Assembly (NCBI GenBank): GCA_946965045.2
Contig: OX337232.1
Location: forward strand, 558,001-622,000
DNA length: 64,000 nucleotides
Origin: Epithemia pelagica
Taxonomy: Eukaryota > Protista > Bacillariophyta
Direction of reading: 5' to 3'
Below, one piece after another: positions 42,824 through 54,700 of the stretch (position 1 is the stretch's first letter; each line of letters opens with the position of its first letter). The notes under the pieces were generated by a model. It saw only the letters and a list, made by a program, of their open reading frames with translations, did not search any database and was not told the origin of the DNA. Both the position numbers and the translations under genes were made by a program.

Positions 42824-45032
42824 TCACATTGGTTCCCCCGTAGGACTGCAATCTGGTTCGTCCGATTTTCTCCCCGCCGCTTCGACAGCCACCACCAAAC
42901 CCGTCCGTTGTCCGAGACAAATCGATTTTAAGTCTTGCATTCTCTCTTCCCAATCCTCCTCCAACATAAAGGCCATGTAATTGTCCAAGACTTCGTCTCC
43001 GGCTTGGACGGATTGTAACAACACATCCGAGGCGGAGGATTTGGACAAGTACGACCGATCTCCAGCAGGATCAAAGAGGTACTGCAATTGCGGAAACATG
43101 GTGGCCATATCCTCTAGAGTGGCCGTAAGTTCGGTATAGTTGGTGGCCACTCCAACATTGTTGGTCCCATTGCATCCATGATTGGCAAAGGTGGTAATGC
43201 CTGGATCGACCAAGTGTGCTCTCAGACCCCAAAAATCGTCAGGGAATCCGTAGCCTTCCATGTAATTGTCCAAGGCTTTCCACTTGCCTGGTACCAATTC
43301 CAGTAATTCTTGCATAATTTCACTCGTAAAGGGTTTGACAAGCATGCTATGGACTGCCTCTTCGACGGTAAAGTAGGTTCCCTTGGCAAAGGCTCGTTTG
43401 AAAAAGACGCCCCGTCCGGCATTGGCCACACGACTGGTACCAAATTCCAGAGCCGAAACGGGTAAATTCGGCACATTGGGGTCGTACCCCCGAACCACGG
43501 TACAATGCGGCGATTTTGGTGACGTCGTTTGACAATACTGGTTTTCTTGAACGCGGCTGGGGTATTGATAGAGTTGTTGGGTGGTTCCGTCTAGAAACCA
43601 CAGGGATGGTTGTGGTGGTCCACCAGAAGCACTCGAAATCCTCTTGGCCAGTTCGACCTGAATCGAGGAGGCATCGGCATGCCATTCGGCCAAGGCATCC
43701 TCATCCATGAAAACGATACGAAATTCGTGGACACGGTGATCCGAGCGGTGACCACCAAGGAGAATTGATTCGGAATAGGCTGCCATTTTGGTAGCCTCGG
43801 AATTGGTCCAGATACGCGTAAAAAGGTCGAGCGGGGATGAATCCACACCACCTATTGTTCTTGATGTCGTGGCTGTAACGGCTCCGACATGGGCTGCCAA
43901 CACTCCTGTCGGAGAGAGTGCCAAAGCCAAAGCGTCCAGAAAGGATTGGTCCTGCAACATGGGATGAGAGAACAAGTGGTATGGTGTATCCATGTCGCTG
44001 CAAGAAAAAAGGTGTGTCAGAAAAAATGTCATCGTGAGCAGTTGTTGTGAAAGAATCAGACACTCTCGTTCAGTCCGGCGCATGTACGTACAGTAGGGTA
44101 TCCAAAAGAATGACATCCAACTTATTGTCTGTTATTTCCTCCATATCATCATCTTCTTCTTCTTCTTCGTTATCATTCGATGCACTGCCAAAGTGATCGA
44201 GGAACCATGTCCGTGCGGCTTTGAGATTCGTTACCGTGGTCCAATGCACTCGTGGATCGTCCTTCCAATTCGACGACAACACAGACACATCGACATTCGG
44301 GTCCAACGCGTGCTTCTCCTGATTTTCAGTTTCATTCTCTTCACGAACCACCAGGTGCAACACATGACAGTGTTGAACGGTCGTGTGTTTCAAAACTTGA
44401 TGGAGACTCCCAGCCATGTCACTGCTGCTGGTCCGACCGGCCACCACCAGGGCCACCTGCTGAGGAGATTCGTGCGACAGTAAGGCCGGATGAACCAGTG
44501 TTTCGTGATAGAGTTCCAAAGAAGAAGAAGAAGACTCCGACTTGGACCATTCATGATGTTGGTCCCACACTCGCTTGTTTCTCCTTTGCCGTGCATTGTC
44601 ATTGAGACTATCCGTTCCCACCTGTCGTCGACAAACCTTTTCTGGTTCCTCCCTTCCAACGCTTGGATGCTGGGTAGAATGGTCATTTGGCAAAGCAAAA
44701 AGACTTGTTTGGCGGCGCAACACAGTCGAAATTGCAAATGGCACGACCGCTGCAAGAACGAAATGCCAAAGGATCCGGTTCCAAGTCAAACGAATTGCAG
44801 TCAAACCATTACTGTTGTGGACGACAGATTTCTTCATCGTCGTCGTTGTGTTGCATTCGTTGTGGACCGTCGTATTCGTGTCGGCCGGTAGGTGAGCATT
44901 CCTGTTCTTATTGCTCATGACGTGGGGCTTCTCTCTGTCGTATCCAAGGGAGGTTGACGCTGTTTGGTCTTTTTGCTGGTTGTGTTGTGGTCGAAATTTC
45001 TGGAAGCCCCAACTTCCAACTCCAACTTCCAA
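42824..45032 (-). CDS. Membrane-anchored aminopropyltransferase(-like)-SET domain fusion; exons about 45032-44092 and 43997-42824
   Basis: YHETLVHPALLSH, VLKHTTV and DVILLD are spermine/spermidine-synthase-like. NAGRGVF, FANHGCNG and AGDEVLDNY are SET motifs. TM ILWHFVLAAVVPFAISTVL. Phase-2 GT-AG intron 44091-43998. The start may be MSNKNR. Confidence 0.85.
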
Positions 45033-45654
45033 CGTTCAACTTTCCGATGGGGCGTAAGAGTAAAAGCGAGCATGCCGTGCCTATGAGATCGCGTGTCTTC
45101 AAGCGTCCTATATGCGACTGATATTCCCTAAAAAATCTCAGATCGGGAGACGATTCGAGACGTTGAGCACCAACTATGGGGATTTTGGATCGAACACAAC
45201 CATCATTCTGCCTCTGTTTGACGCAGCAGGTAACAGCAACAACAGCAACAACAAGGACGTATGTACACACTTTTCAATCAACTTCAAAGCCTGTGTAATA
45301 CTACTGACTCTGCAGAGGTCTCTACTAGGATTTGGACGTGTGGACACGTGATGGACCACTCGCTAAGACTCACGCACAGGCATGAAGACACATTCGTGTC
45401 CAGTCGTGCTGGAACAGAACCTGCATCCTCGACATTGACGACAACAACCTCATTCACAAACACAGACGCCGAAAGGAAACAACAGCCCATCGCAAACCAA
45501 CAACCACAACATGATGCCCACGGAGGTGCAAGTGTAGGTAGGCACGAGTCAGAATCCTGAATATCTTCTCCTGTTTGCAATTCTGGTTCCGTGTTGTTGC
45601 AAGGTTTTCCATGAATCAAGGTTTTGGGGTCATGGATGTCGAGTTCTGTTTTCT

Positions 45655-47058
45655 TCATGGTGCAATGCGTTGTTGTTGCTGTTGTTGTTGTTTTTCACGT
45701 TGATTTGCTTGTCTTGCCGCCACTTGTCGCGCTTGTTCCATGGCCTGTCGCATTTGTCGACAGGGTCGACCATTCTCTCGATTCCAAATTTCCAAGGCCT
45801 GGGGCAAGTCGTGTTCCAATTGGGCAATCCGATGGGGATGCGACGGATGGGTACTCAAAAATTCGGGCGGTTCCCAGGATGACGACGACGACGCGTCGTC
45901 GTTGCCGTCCAAAGAAGGATGATCCTGGTCGGCCATGTGTCGAAAGACGACCGGTGCGGCTCGCGGATCAAAACAGGCCCGAGCCGTCAAGTGCAACCCA
46001 ATGGCATCGGCTTCTTGTTCTTGTTGGCGACTGTGTGGCAATTCTCGCACCAAGGTCGACACGGCCGGTACCATCCATACGGCCAAGATACCGGAGGGAT
46101 CCAACCACCACGCCACTTGACGCAAGAGGACGGTTACCACTTGACTTGACACGCGTTCGCCCGCATGACGAGCCACATTGTGCGCCGCTTCATGACTCAG
46201 AACCGCCGCCAATTCATCTTCATTGTGCACATAACGGAACAAACCTGTCATGACAAAGACATGATTGCCGGGCAACACAAAGGCATTGGCCGTATCGGAA
46301 CGAACCACCGTATAGGTATAGGGACGATTCAATTGCAAGTCATATTGGTGGTTCTTGTTGCCGTGCTTTGATGATGATGATGATTGTTGCTGTTGTTGTT
46401 GATCGAGGATCCATTCTCGTGAGGCTTGTGCAATGCGGGCTCCCACACGTTGCACAGTGATGGAGGCTCGATGCGTGGGTGGCAAAATATCCGAGTGATA
46501 TTCCTGCAACAAGGATTGGTACGTGGAATCGCCCATTTCTTGTTCCCATTGGGGCGACGTGACAATCCATCGATGACGACCCGTCACGGGTACCACATCC
46601 CATCCACTCCACACCACAGATACAATGACCGTACCTGTTCCAGCCACGGCCATCCAAAGGTACCATGGAACTGGAGCACCAGCACCGCCGTTGCTTCCAT
46701 TGGGACGACGAGGTTGCAAGCGATTGGAAAACCAGCGTATGTGGCCTGACGGTACGAATGGTTGCTGCTTCACGAATGCCCTTCGCATTCCATCACGATA
46801 CAACGAAACGACACGGTTTGCCGTCCTCCAGGAGGAACCACTCAATATTCGACCATGTTGTTGTGTTGTTAGTGGTCTCATCATGATTGGCGGTGGCCCA
46901 GTCATTGTGGATCGATGTCCAACTCGTTGATGATTTGCGACTGATCCACTTGTTCCGCCTGCAATCTTTCGTGAGCTTCGAAGCGCCCCTCCAAGAAGAT
47001 GAGTCGGATGATACAATGGCCTGCTGCTAAAGCAAGAAACGAACGACGACCGCCACAT
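45655..47058 (-). CDS. OMA1: M48 metallopeptidase, mitochondrial OMA1-like
   Basis: VPVTGR, NAFVLPG, AAVLSHEAAH (HExxH), HSRQQEQEAD, FLSTHP; TM segment and an Arg/Ser-rich presequence-like N-terminus. Confidence 0.85.
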   Translation of the reverse strand: MWRSSFVSCFSSRPLYHPTHLLGGALRSSRKIAGGTSGSVANHQRVGHRSTMTGPPPIMMRPLTTQQHGRILSGSSWRTANRVVSLYRDGMRRAFVKQQPFVPSGHIRWFSNRLQPRRPNGSNGGAGAPVPWYLWMAVAGTGTVIVSVVWSGWDVVPVTGRHRWIVTSPQWEQEMGDSTYQSLLQEYHSDILPPTHRASITVQRVGARIAQASREWILDQQQQQQSSSSSKHGNKNHQYDLQLNRPYTYTVVRSDTANAFVLPGNHVFVMTGLFRYVHNEDELAAVLSHEAAHNVARHAGERVSSQVVTVLLRQVAWWLDPSGILAVWMVPAVSTLVRELPHSRQQEQEADAIGLHLTARACFDPRAAPVVFRHMADQDHPSLDGNDDASSSSSWEPPEFLSTHPSHPHRIAQLEHDLPQALEIWNRENGRPCRQMRQAMEQARQVAARQANQREKQQQQQQQRIAP

Positions 47059-48163
47059 GATGATTGGTGATTGGTAAAAAATAGATGATACTATTCAATC
47101 GCTCCTTGTCGTAGTCTCCTTCTGCTTCGAAATTCTCATCCACCCGAACACCGCATTCGCAAGGTGTCAATGATAGTATCTACGGAATTCAGCTTTTGGT
47201 CGCAAGAAGCAGGAGGCTGTAGGCTGTACGGAGAACTGGATGATAGATGCAGCCAGTTCCGACAAAAAGATGCCGAGTCTCGAAAGCGAGAATGGTATGA
47301 TGAGAGCGAGATCGCAAGTCGAGGAGATGCGAACGAAACCAACTGGTGGGTAAGTTAGGACGATGAATGATGACAGTCTTGCAGAGCACCAGCCGGAGAG
47401 ACAGATTGGATCGCCCCCCAACAGCCCATGGCGGATGAGTGACGAGAGAAAGAAGAGAAAGAAGGAAACTACCCCCAGAAATCTCTCCAATTTGAGTTTT
47501 TGAGACGCGCGACCAAAAAATGAGGACCAACACGATTGCAGAATTTGTTCCGACCAACGGTCATGCTGACGGAAAAACACGTTGTTATTAACTGATAAGG
47601 TCCGAAAGAGTGCCAGAAGAAGTCACACAGAAGGCACTTCGGAAGTAGGAAGCAGATGGCTTTTGCTTTGATCGGAGTCTTTGATTGCTTCTCGACAATG
47701 GCCCAAAACGGTTTCATGCGTCAGTCCAAGAAAAAGAGGCTTCTTTCTACTCCTTAGTGGTTTTAGTGGTTTTATGATTAATAAAACTTATTCAAAATTA
47801 GTACCGAGTGTGTAGGTTGTTTCGAAGTTTAGCTCAAGGAAAAGCGACGGCCAAGCGGCGGTTTCAGCTCACTACAACAGCCTACAAGAGTGGACAAACC
47901 ACACGATGGAATCCATCACACGTAGACTTTTGTACCAAGTGGCACGTAGGTGGAATCGGCTCCGCAGCCGTGGACAATGCAAGTCCACAGTTTTTTTTCC
48001 CCGAAGCAAGTGAGCAACCTTTGGTGCTGCAACTTGCATGCCCATATCTCGATACCAGAGAATACTTGAGCACATCTCCCGTGAACGAGAGTGCTTTATC
48101 AATCTGCATAAACTTAGGTAGTTTGTCCATTTCGCACGGCAAACAAAACAACAACAAAATACA

Positions 48164-49463
48164 ATGTGTGTTACGAACACGACTTATCGTCGCCAACAGC
48201 CCATCTCGTTGGTGCCTCCGGCGAACAATGTGTCTGGCTTGACCCAACGTTTGTTGGGAACCTTCCAGCTCAAGGACGCCCCCGCCAAGCCTCAGGAACA
48301 TGTGCCTGCCGCCGCCTCTGCCTTTTCCGCTCCCCTTTCCACGGCGCAACACCACCAAGTTGCCTCGGTTGGCTCCTCCATGGTGGTGACGCAACCGGCC
48401 TGTCCCACCATTCCCAAACCCCGCCCGAAACGCCGCCGCAAACCGCAAAAGCCCGGCAAGACAGCCAAGATGAACGAACGTCATTTTGTCGTTCACAATT
48501 ATCACGATCATGCGGACGATCATGAAGATCTGTCCTATCAGGAAATGGATGAAGAGGAAGAACACTCCCGCCGCAAGGGTGGAGTCGCGATTGCCTTTCC
48601 TCTCAAATTGCACGCTATTTTGGATCAAGTCGAACGGGATGGATTGGGTCATGTCATCTCCTGGCAACCACATGGACGATGCTTTGCAATTCATCAGCCT
48701 AAAGTGTTTGTTGAAACAGTCATGCCAAAGTAAGACTTCTCAATCGCGTTCATGGGCTGTTTCACAAACCAACCAAATCTAACTCTTGTTATTTCCCAGG
48801 TATTTCCGCCAAACCAAGCTTACATCATTCCAACGCCAACTTAATCTGTATGGGTTCTGCCGTCTTACCAAGGGACCTGATTCGGGAGGCTACTACCATG
48901 AATTGTTTCTACGGGGAAAGACATTTTTGACTAAGAAGATGATCCGCACGAAGGTGAAGGGAACCAAGTTTAAGGCTGCAAGCAGTCCTGACCAAGAGCC
49001 TGACTTTTACGCGATGCCCCCTGTTACTATTTCGCCAGAGTCCACTCCCCAGTCCTCTCCCCAACACCAACCTCAAATGCCTAGTGATGGATCATCCATC
49101 TCAGAGGCCTCACTTACACCACCTGTGAGTGATCTTTTTGCTATGTTTAAATCTGCACAGCAAGCTGTCGTGGATGCCAGCCCCTATCAATTCATGTCAG
49201 CGACTGCGGCGCAACCCCCACTTCCCGCTGCGATTGCCATGCCATCGGCTCCTATGCCTGCCCCGGTTGCAGCTCCTATGCCTACGACCCAAGATCAAAT
49301 CTTGGATAAAGCCGTTGACCATTTCTTCTTTACGGGTCCTATGTCAGATTTGGGCGACTTGAATGACTTTGTCCATGATTGGGATCCCAACAACCGGATG
49401 GCGCAAAGCTTGGAAAACGATGTGCAATTGGGTTACATGCTGGACCGTTTGCTAGCGGACTAG
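48164..49463 (+). CDS. HSF-type DNA-binding transcription factor; exons 48164-48729 and 48800-49463
   Basis: [17 protein letters not shown], the spliced join MPK|[28 protein letters not shown]; preceded by the HNYHDH box typical of diatom HSFs. Confidence 0.92.
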
Positions 49464-50276
49464 CGACGTCTCTGTGCGCTTTTCATAGTACTTCCTTTTT
49501 AACGAGAGAAATGATGGATCCTTATTAGTTTACTCTGTCATGGTCTAACAAACGTATCGATTTGGTTACGGCGATGTATTCCTATCAAGTCCTTCGCAAC
49601 ACGGGTGGTGATGGATCGTCGTGGCCATGGAGTGCGTGTTGGTAACAAACTAAACGTCAGTGGTCAGTATGCCTTCGCTGTGCACAAATCCGAACTTGAA
49701 GTGCACAAATGCGATTTCAAATTATTTCAACATCCCACTGATCAAGACAGTAGTCTACTGCTCATAAGAAGGCGACTCTTTCACGACATTCTTCTTGGTA
49801 CTAGTTCCTCTCTCTTCTGAGGACACCGACACCTTCTCGTTCTCACATTCTTACACACTTAGAAAAACTATATTAAAGTACTTGACCAACGCTGTGGGGG
49901 TTATGGCCCCCCACCCAAGGATCCGTAATCGCGCCACAGTCGCAGATCTCCAGAATCTGCTAAACTGTGTTTGCCGTGGGCGAGTGTGTCTCCAGACCAG
50001 AACCCCCACTCCTTATTCTCACAAAGTGAGACCGCATCCTCGAAATATCTTCGCAGCGATGCAGAAGTCAGCTGCAATGAGTTGCCACACTCAAGCAACC
50101 AACCGTGGAGAGAGACTTCCAGTCCATGAAACAGGCCAGCTGACGGACAACAAGCGACCTAGACGTATACCACCGAGGTAGTAGTATAGCCGAGTCATCA
50201 CCCCGTTTGGTCTTTCCTTCAACCTTCGTATTTCTCATTCATAATCCTCTTCCTTTCCTCCTTCTTCCTGTTTTTC

Positions 50277-51734
50277 TTACAAGCCTTCAGAAAACTTTAC
50301 CAACGCCTCGACTGAGGCCTTGGCATCCGAGTATCGCTCGATCATTGACATAGAAGGGAGTATCCCTCTTCCTTTCAGGTGTTTTTTCCATCGGTTGTTC
50401 ATTTCGATAGTATCTTTCGAAATGCCCCGGTTCTGCGCTTCCGTCGTAGCTCCTCTTCGGAACGAACGCCGAGTACTAAACACTTCCTCGACCTTTGTGC
50501 TCTCGACTATTAAATGAGGGTGTCGGTGCTGTACCCTTTTCCAAAGGGCGTGAAACAATATGTCGAGATCTTTCACGGACGCACGCTTGATCTTGCCTTG
50601 TTTTGTAGAGATCCGAAACATCGGACCCGACCTTATCTTGACCTCTTCGAGACTCCGTATTGCTCTTTCCAACCAGACTCTTATTTCAATGCCCAAACTT
50701 GTTCGATCGCACAGCGGTTGGATGTAAATCCGAAAGGTTCCGTTCGTCTGTTTGAAACGTCCAGCAAGGGCCAACGGTACGTGTCTCTTTCGTTGGTAAT
50801 TGAGTCCTTCTTCCCAATATTTCCTCATCAGTCCCACATCAATTTGTGGGATCTCTTCTCCTCGTAGGGCGGCTGAGAATCCAACCACAACCAAAGCACC
50901 TGTCAATGCCACCTCACGCTTTCTCTGACCCGTGACACCACCTTGCCATTCTTCTTCAAGGATTGCCAGCCCAGCCAAAATCTCATCCAAAGTTATGGCT
51001 TGATCCGGAATCCAAACATCTCCCATGCGTCGATGGCAGCCTGCCATGAATCGTCGGAACCAGTAGGAGTTTGTTGAACTGGCGCTAAAAAACAATCCAC
51101 CTCTGTCCCCTTGGCCCACGGCCGACAATCCACTCCCTCCTGGCAACGTGTGGCAGAAATTTGACACCACAGACCGAACCTTCCTGGCCGTCTCAAATTG
51201 AATCCGTTTTGAGTTCCGACCTTCTCGTAAAGTTTTCATCAGCATAAGGCACGCCACATTCAATCCTTGCGTGTCTCCGAGCGGCATTGGGCCTCTATTC
51301 GGAAGAGGGTGATCCAAACCTATCGTGTTCCCGATTTCCAGCAGCCCTTTCATCTCTCTCCAGTTCTTCTCTACCGTGCTCCTTTCTCGCGACCAAAACG
51401 CATCCAAGTTCGCCCGTCGAATACACAACATCAAGATCTTGTCTTGCTCCCGATCCGCAGCGAAACGCCCTTGCAAGTTGTAGAAGGAACACTCGTTGCA
51501 TTGGAAAGGACACATCAGGTCGTCCCCGACTCTCGCCTCCTGAAATCGCCTTGAGTCATCTTCTATCTCTCCATGCAACTCTTCGTCCAACAGCGCATCA
51601 TCCAAATCTGCGGCTTCAAACACCGGGAAGGTATCATGTTCCAATTTTGCGTAACAACTTGCATGCCAAATGCCTTTGCACATTCTACTCGTGCCCCGTG
51701 TATGTCCATAATTTGCGCAACAGATTCCCGACAA
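50277..51734 (-). CDS. Tyrosine recombinase with a Cys/His-rich N-terminus
   Basis: FSAALRGEEI (catalytic R), RSFRRGA (HxxR position), NNRW, MIERY (Tyr nucleophile); CxxC clusters at the N-terminus; overlaps the RT ORF by 50 nt. Confidence 0.88.
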   Translation of the reverse strand: MSGICCANYGHTRGTSRMCKGIWHASCYAKLEHDTFPVFEAADLDDALLDEELHGEIEDDSRRFQEARVGDDLMCPFQCNECSFYNLQGRFAADREQDKILMLCIRRANLDAFWSRERSTVEKNWREMKGLLEIGNTIGLDHPLPNRGPMPLGDTQGLNVACLMLMKTLREGRNSKRIQFETARKVRSVVSNFCHTLPGGSGLSAVGQGDRGGLFFSASSTNSYWFRRFMAGCHRRMGDVWIPDQAITLDEILAGLAILEEEWQGGVTGQRKREVALTGALVVVGFSAALRGEEIPQIDVGLMRKYWEEGLNYQRKRHVPLALAGRFKQTNGTFRIYIQPLCDRTSLGIEIRVWLERAIRSLEEVKIRSGPMFRISTKQGKIKRASVKDLDILFHALWKRVQHRHPHLIVESTKVEEVFSTRRSFRRGATTEAQNRGISKDTIEMNNRWKKHLKGRGILPSMSMIERYSDAKASVEALVKFSEGL

Positions 51735-54700
51735 CGGCTGTACCGGATGACCACAACTCTGACAGTTCCCCGTCCACCGTGTCCAATAAGCCTTTTGCTT
51801 GCTTGACCTGCCAAGGTTTCCTGCTTAAAAAAGGGCACACAAAGGCAACAATCAACGGTTCGTGTTGAGACTTTAACCATAATTCACAACCAACTGGGAT
51901 ATAAAACACAAAGTCGGCGACCTTTCCCAACTTCTTCCTCCAACGATTCGACATGAGCGCGGGGCAAACAAACACATGGGCAGAGTGTGTGCGTACGTGT
52001 CTCGCCTCGCACAATTGATCCACCGCAACATCTGCGATAGCAGGAGGCGGAATCCACACGAAATTTCCTTGCTCAAACGCTTGATCGAACCAATCTTGCG
52101 CAGAAAGAGTCTTCCAGAATGAAAGCGTTGTGGCTTTGTTTGTGATCCAATCCACAACCCCACTCTGCCGTTCTTCAACGGTCTTATTGAGGGGCACATA
52201 CAACAACATGTCACTCCCGGCCATGACTCCTGTCATCAAGTCGCCTCTCGAGAGCCCATCCGTGCCCTGCTCAATCATCCGTGTGCCTGCCACCCAGACG
52301 ACACGAAGGAAAATGCATCCTCGCATCTCCAATCTTTTAGTTCTCAACACTAGTTCATACAACAACTTGGTCGACGAAGTTCCCCTGTAAAAGGCCGTCG
52401 AGTTGTCAGTGAACATAAAGACTTCGGAACCATGCTCAATGGTTCCATTGTCCACCAAGGCCTCGAGGCGCAGAACCAGGTTGTACAACTCGCGGAAATT
52501 CGATGACCTGGCTCCGTATGCCCTTGTCCAAAGCCCATGTTCTGTTTCTACGGTGCTTGATCCATAGATCCACAACGACGAGCCGAATCCCTCTCCAGAG
52601 GCGTCTCCAAATAAAATGGCAACCTTGGAGCCTTTGAGCGGTCTCGCTAAGATTCTTGGTGGTGTTTTATCTTTTGTAAGTTCCATAAGGGCGGCGATAT
52701 CCCCATCATACCTCGGGACCTTTGCGACAGTATCTGGCGGAATCTCACTCGCCTTTTCCTTCCATTCACAAGCTCGCTTTCTGCGATCCTTTTCAGGCAA
52801 TCGCCATCCCTCTTCATCTCGGTCCTGTCTCCATGACTCCAAAGTCAAATGGATTCCCTTAAGATAGGGGACCATAATGTCGTAAGTAAGCGAGACGTAC
52901 ACAAGGAACCCTCTTATACGTTCGAGTTCCTTTCGATTGATCCGTTCTAGCGATTCCGCCCATTCTCTCAATCTTTCGACGTGAGCCTTTGTCTTGTTCC
53001 AGCGATCCTGAGCCACAGTCTTGTATACTCGTCCATCATTACCAGTTTCAACAATGGCTCCAGCCCAAGCACCCGGCGACTTGCTTGGCTCTCTTCTTTT
53101 CCTTGCTGCATCTTGTAACCCAAAGAAAGCCGCACCCTTGGCCATTTTGCTCGCCGCCAGCCAGGCTTCCTCTTCAGAGGGAGCCGTCTCACGTAAGTCA
53201 TCAACGTAAGGGTGGACATCCGCCGCGATGTCTCCATTCCCATTTATCTTGCTGATCCATGGGAGAGACGGGTCATAGTCTGTATTCCCCGGCAAATTCA
53301 ACCTCACGTCAACCCAGCCAAATATGTTTTTAGGATCAGACCGGTCTCCGAAAATTATCCTTTTTACACGTTGGGCACACTGGGTCGTTTGGTAGGGCGA
53401 GGTTGTGAGGCCCATCGCACATCTCGTCCATGCTTCCCAGATTCTTGTGCGTCCACAACGTTCCTTCAATTCCTCTGGAAACAGGTCAGTGATGTCAATG
53501 CCCGTGTAACATCTGAGCTCGGGATGAACCCAAAAGTTAAGGAACATCTCACCAAAATCATTATCTGCTGACCATGTTTTTCCTTCCATCGAACGGAGCA
53601 TAGCGTTCACATTTCCCAGGCCAAACCACGGAGAGAAGAGCGCCGCATTGAGGCCGCTCTTAGTACCGTCATAAACCATACGTATGTCATCCTCCCCTTT
53701 CGGGACTGAGAAAAAACTGGTAAGTGATTTGATGCCTGGAGTTGGCGCGATGTACCCCCGCTTCCTCACTTTAGTCAACTTCTTCTTTTCCAACGCTTTA
53801 CTCTCCTCATTTGGGTTGGCATGTTGACGTCGCCGATATGCTGGTGTCGGTCCAATCCACATGGGGGCAACTCCGTCTCTCATTTCCGTCATCCACCCCA
53901 AATCTGGCATCCTCCAGAAGAAAGGGGAAGAACCCATGTCCCAATCCCACCAGGATGACCTTGCTGCATGATCCAAAGCGCTGAGTCCGGCTTTGATGGT
54001 TCGATCTTGCACCTCTTCCTCGTCATCGTCAAACTTTTGATTCTTCCACCACGACCAGAAATCCACACAGACTCGACGCTTCCAATATCGTAGCGCCCCC
54101 TTGCGAATCGAGTTCAGCGCGTCGACCACTTCCAACCGTTTGCCTTCACTCTGGATTCCCAATTTTTGACAGATACGATTGTCCCAAAGGTAAGTCGGGA
54201 TTTTTGCATCGTCTGATTTTGTTGCTTTCAGGTTTCTGTCCTCACGCCTTTCCTCGGTGTTGAGAGAGCCACCCCCTTCCTCACTGTCGGGAATCGAATA
54301 CAAAGGTATCTCGTCTTCCGTCATTCGTGTTTCATCGGGGCACTCATCCTCTTCTTTGAGTAAGCTGTTTCGCTCCAGAAAACCCTTATCTTTCCTGATT
54401 TTCATATCTTCTGTGAACCCTTCCTTCGATTCTCTCGTCCATTCACGCAATGAATTAACAACTTGCACTCTGACCTTGAAAGGAACCGACACATCATCCA
54501 ACCAACGAGCCAATTCCGAATCCGATCCTCGTTTATGGAGACCAGCCGGAAAGTCCATTGTAATCGCGATTTCCTTCGGAGTAAGTCGCCGTTTTACGAG
54601 GCCTGTCGATGCAAATACACTTGGCAACTCATGCTCTATGAACCTGTCAATCTTCCATCTCAGCTTGCGGTTCACAATCATCGATGAAGGACGAGCTCCT

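Noticed and set aside
47100-48160. Short ORFs between the OMA1-like and HSF genes
   Set aside because: They look like a divergent promoter/UTR region with no coding signature.
52380-52415. RNase H segment FTDNSTAFYRGTSS looks about 3 residues shorter than I recall for related elements
   Set aside because: This cannot be verified without an alignment; the frame and catalytic Asp are intact.
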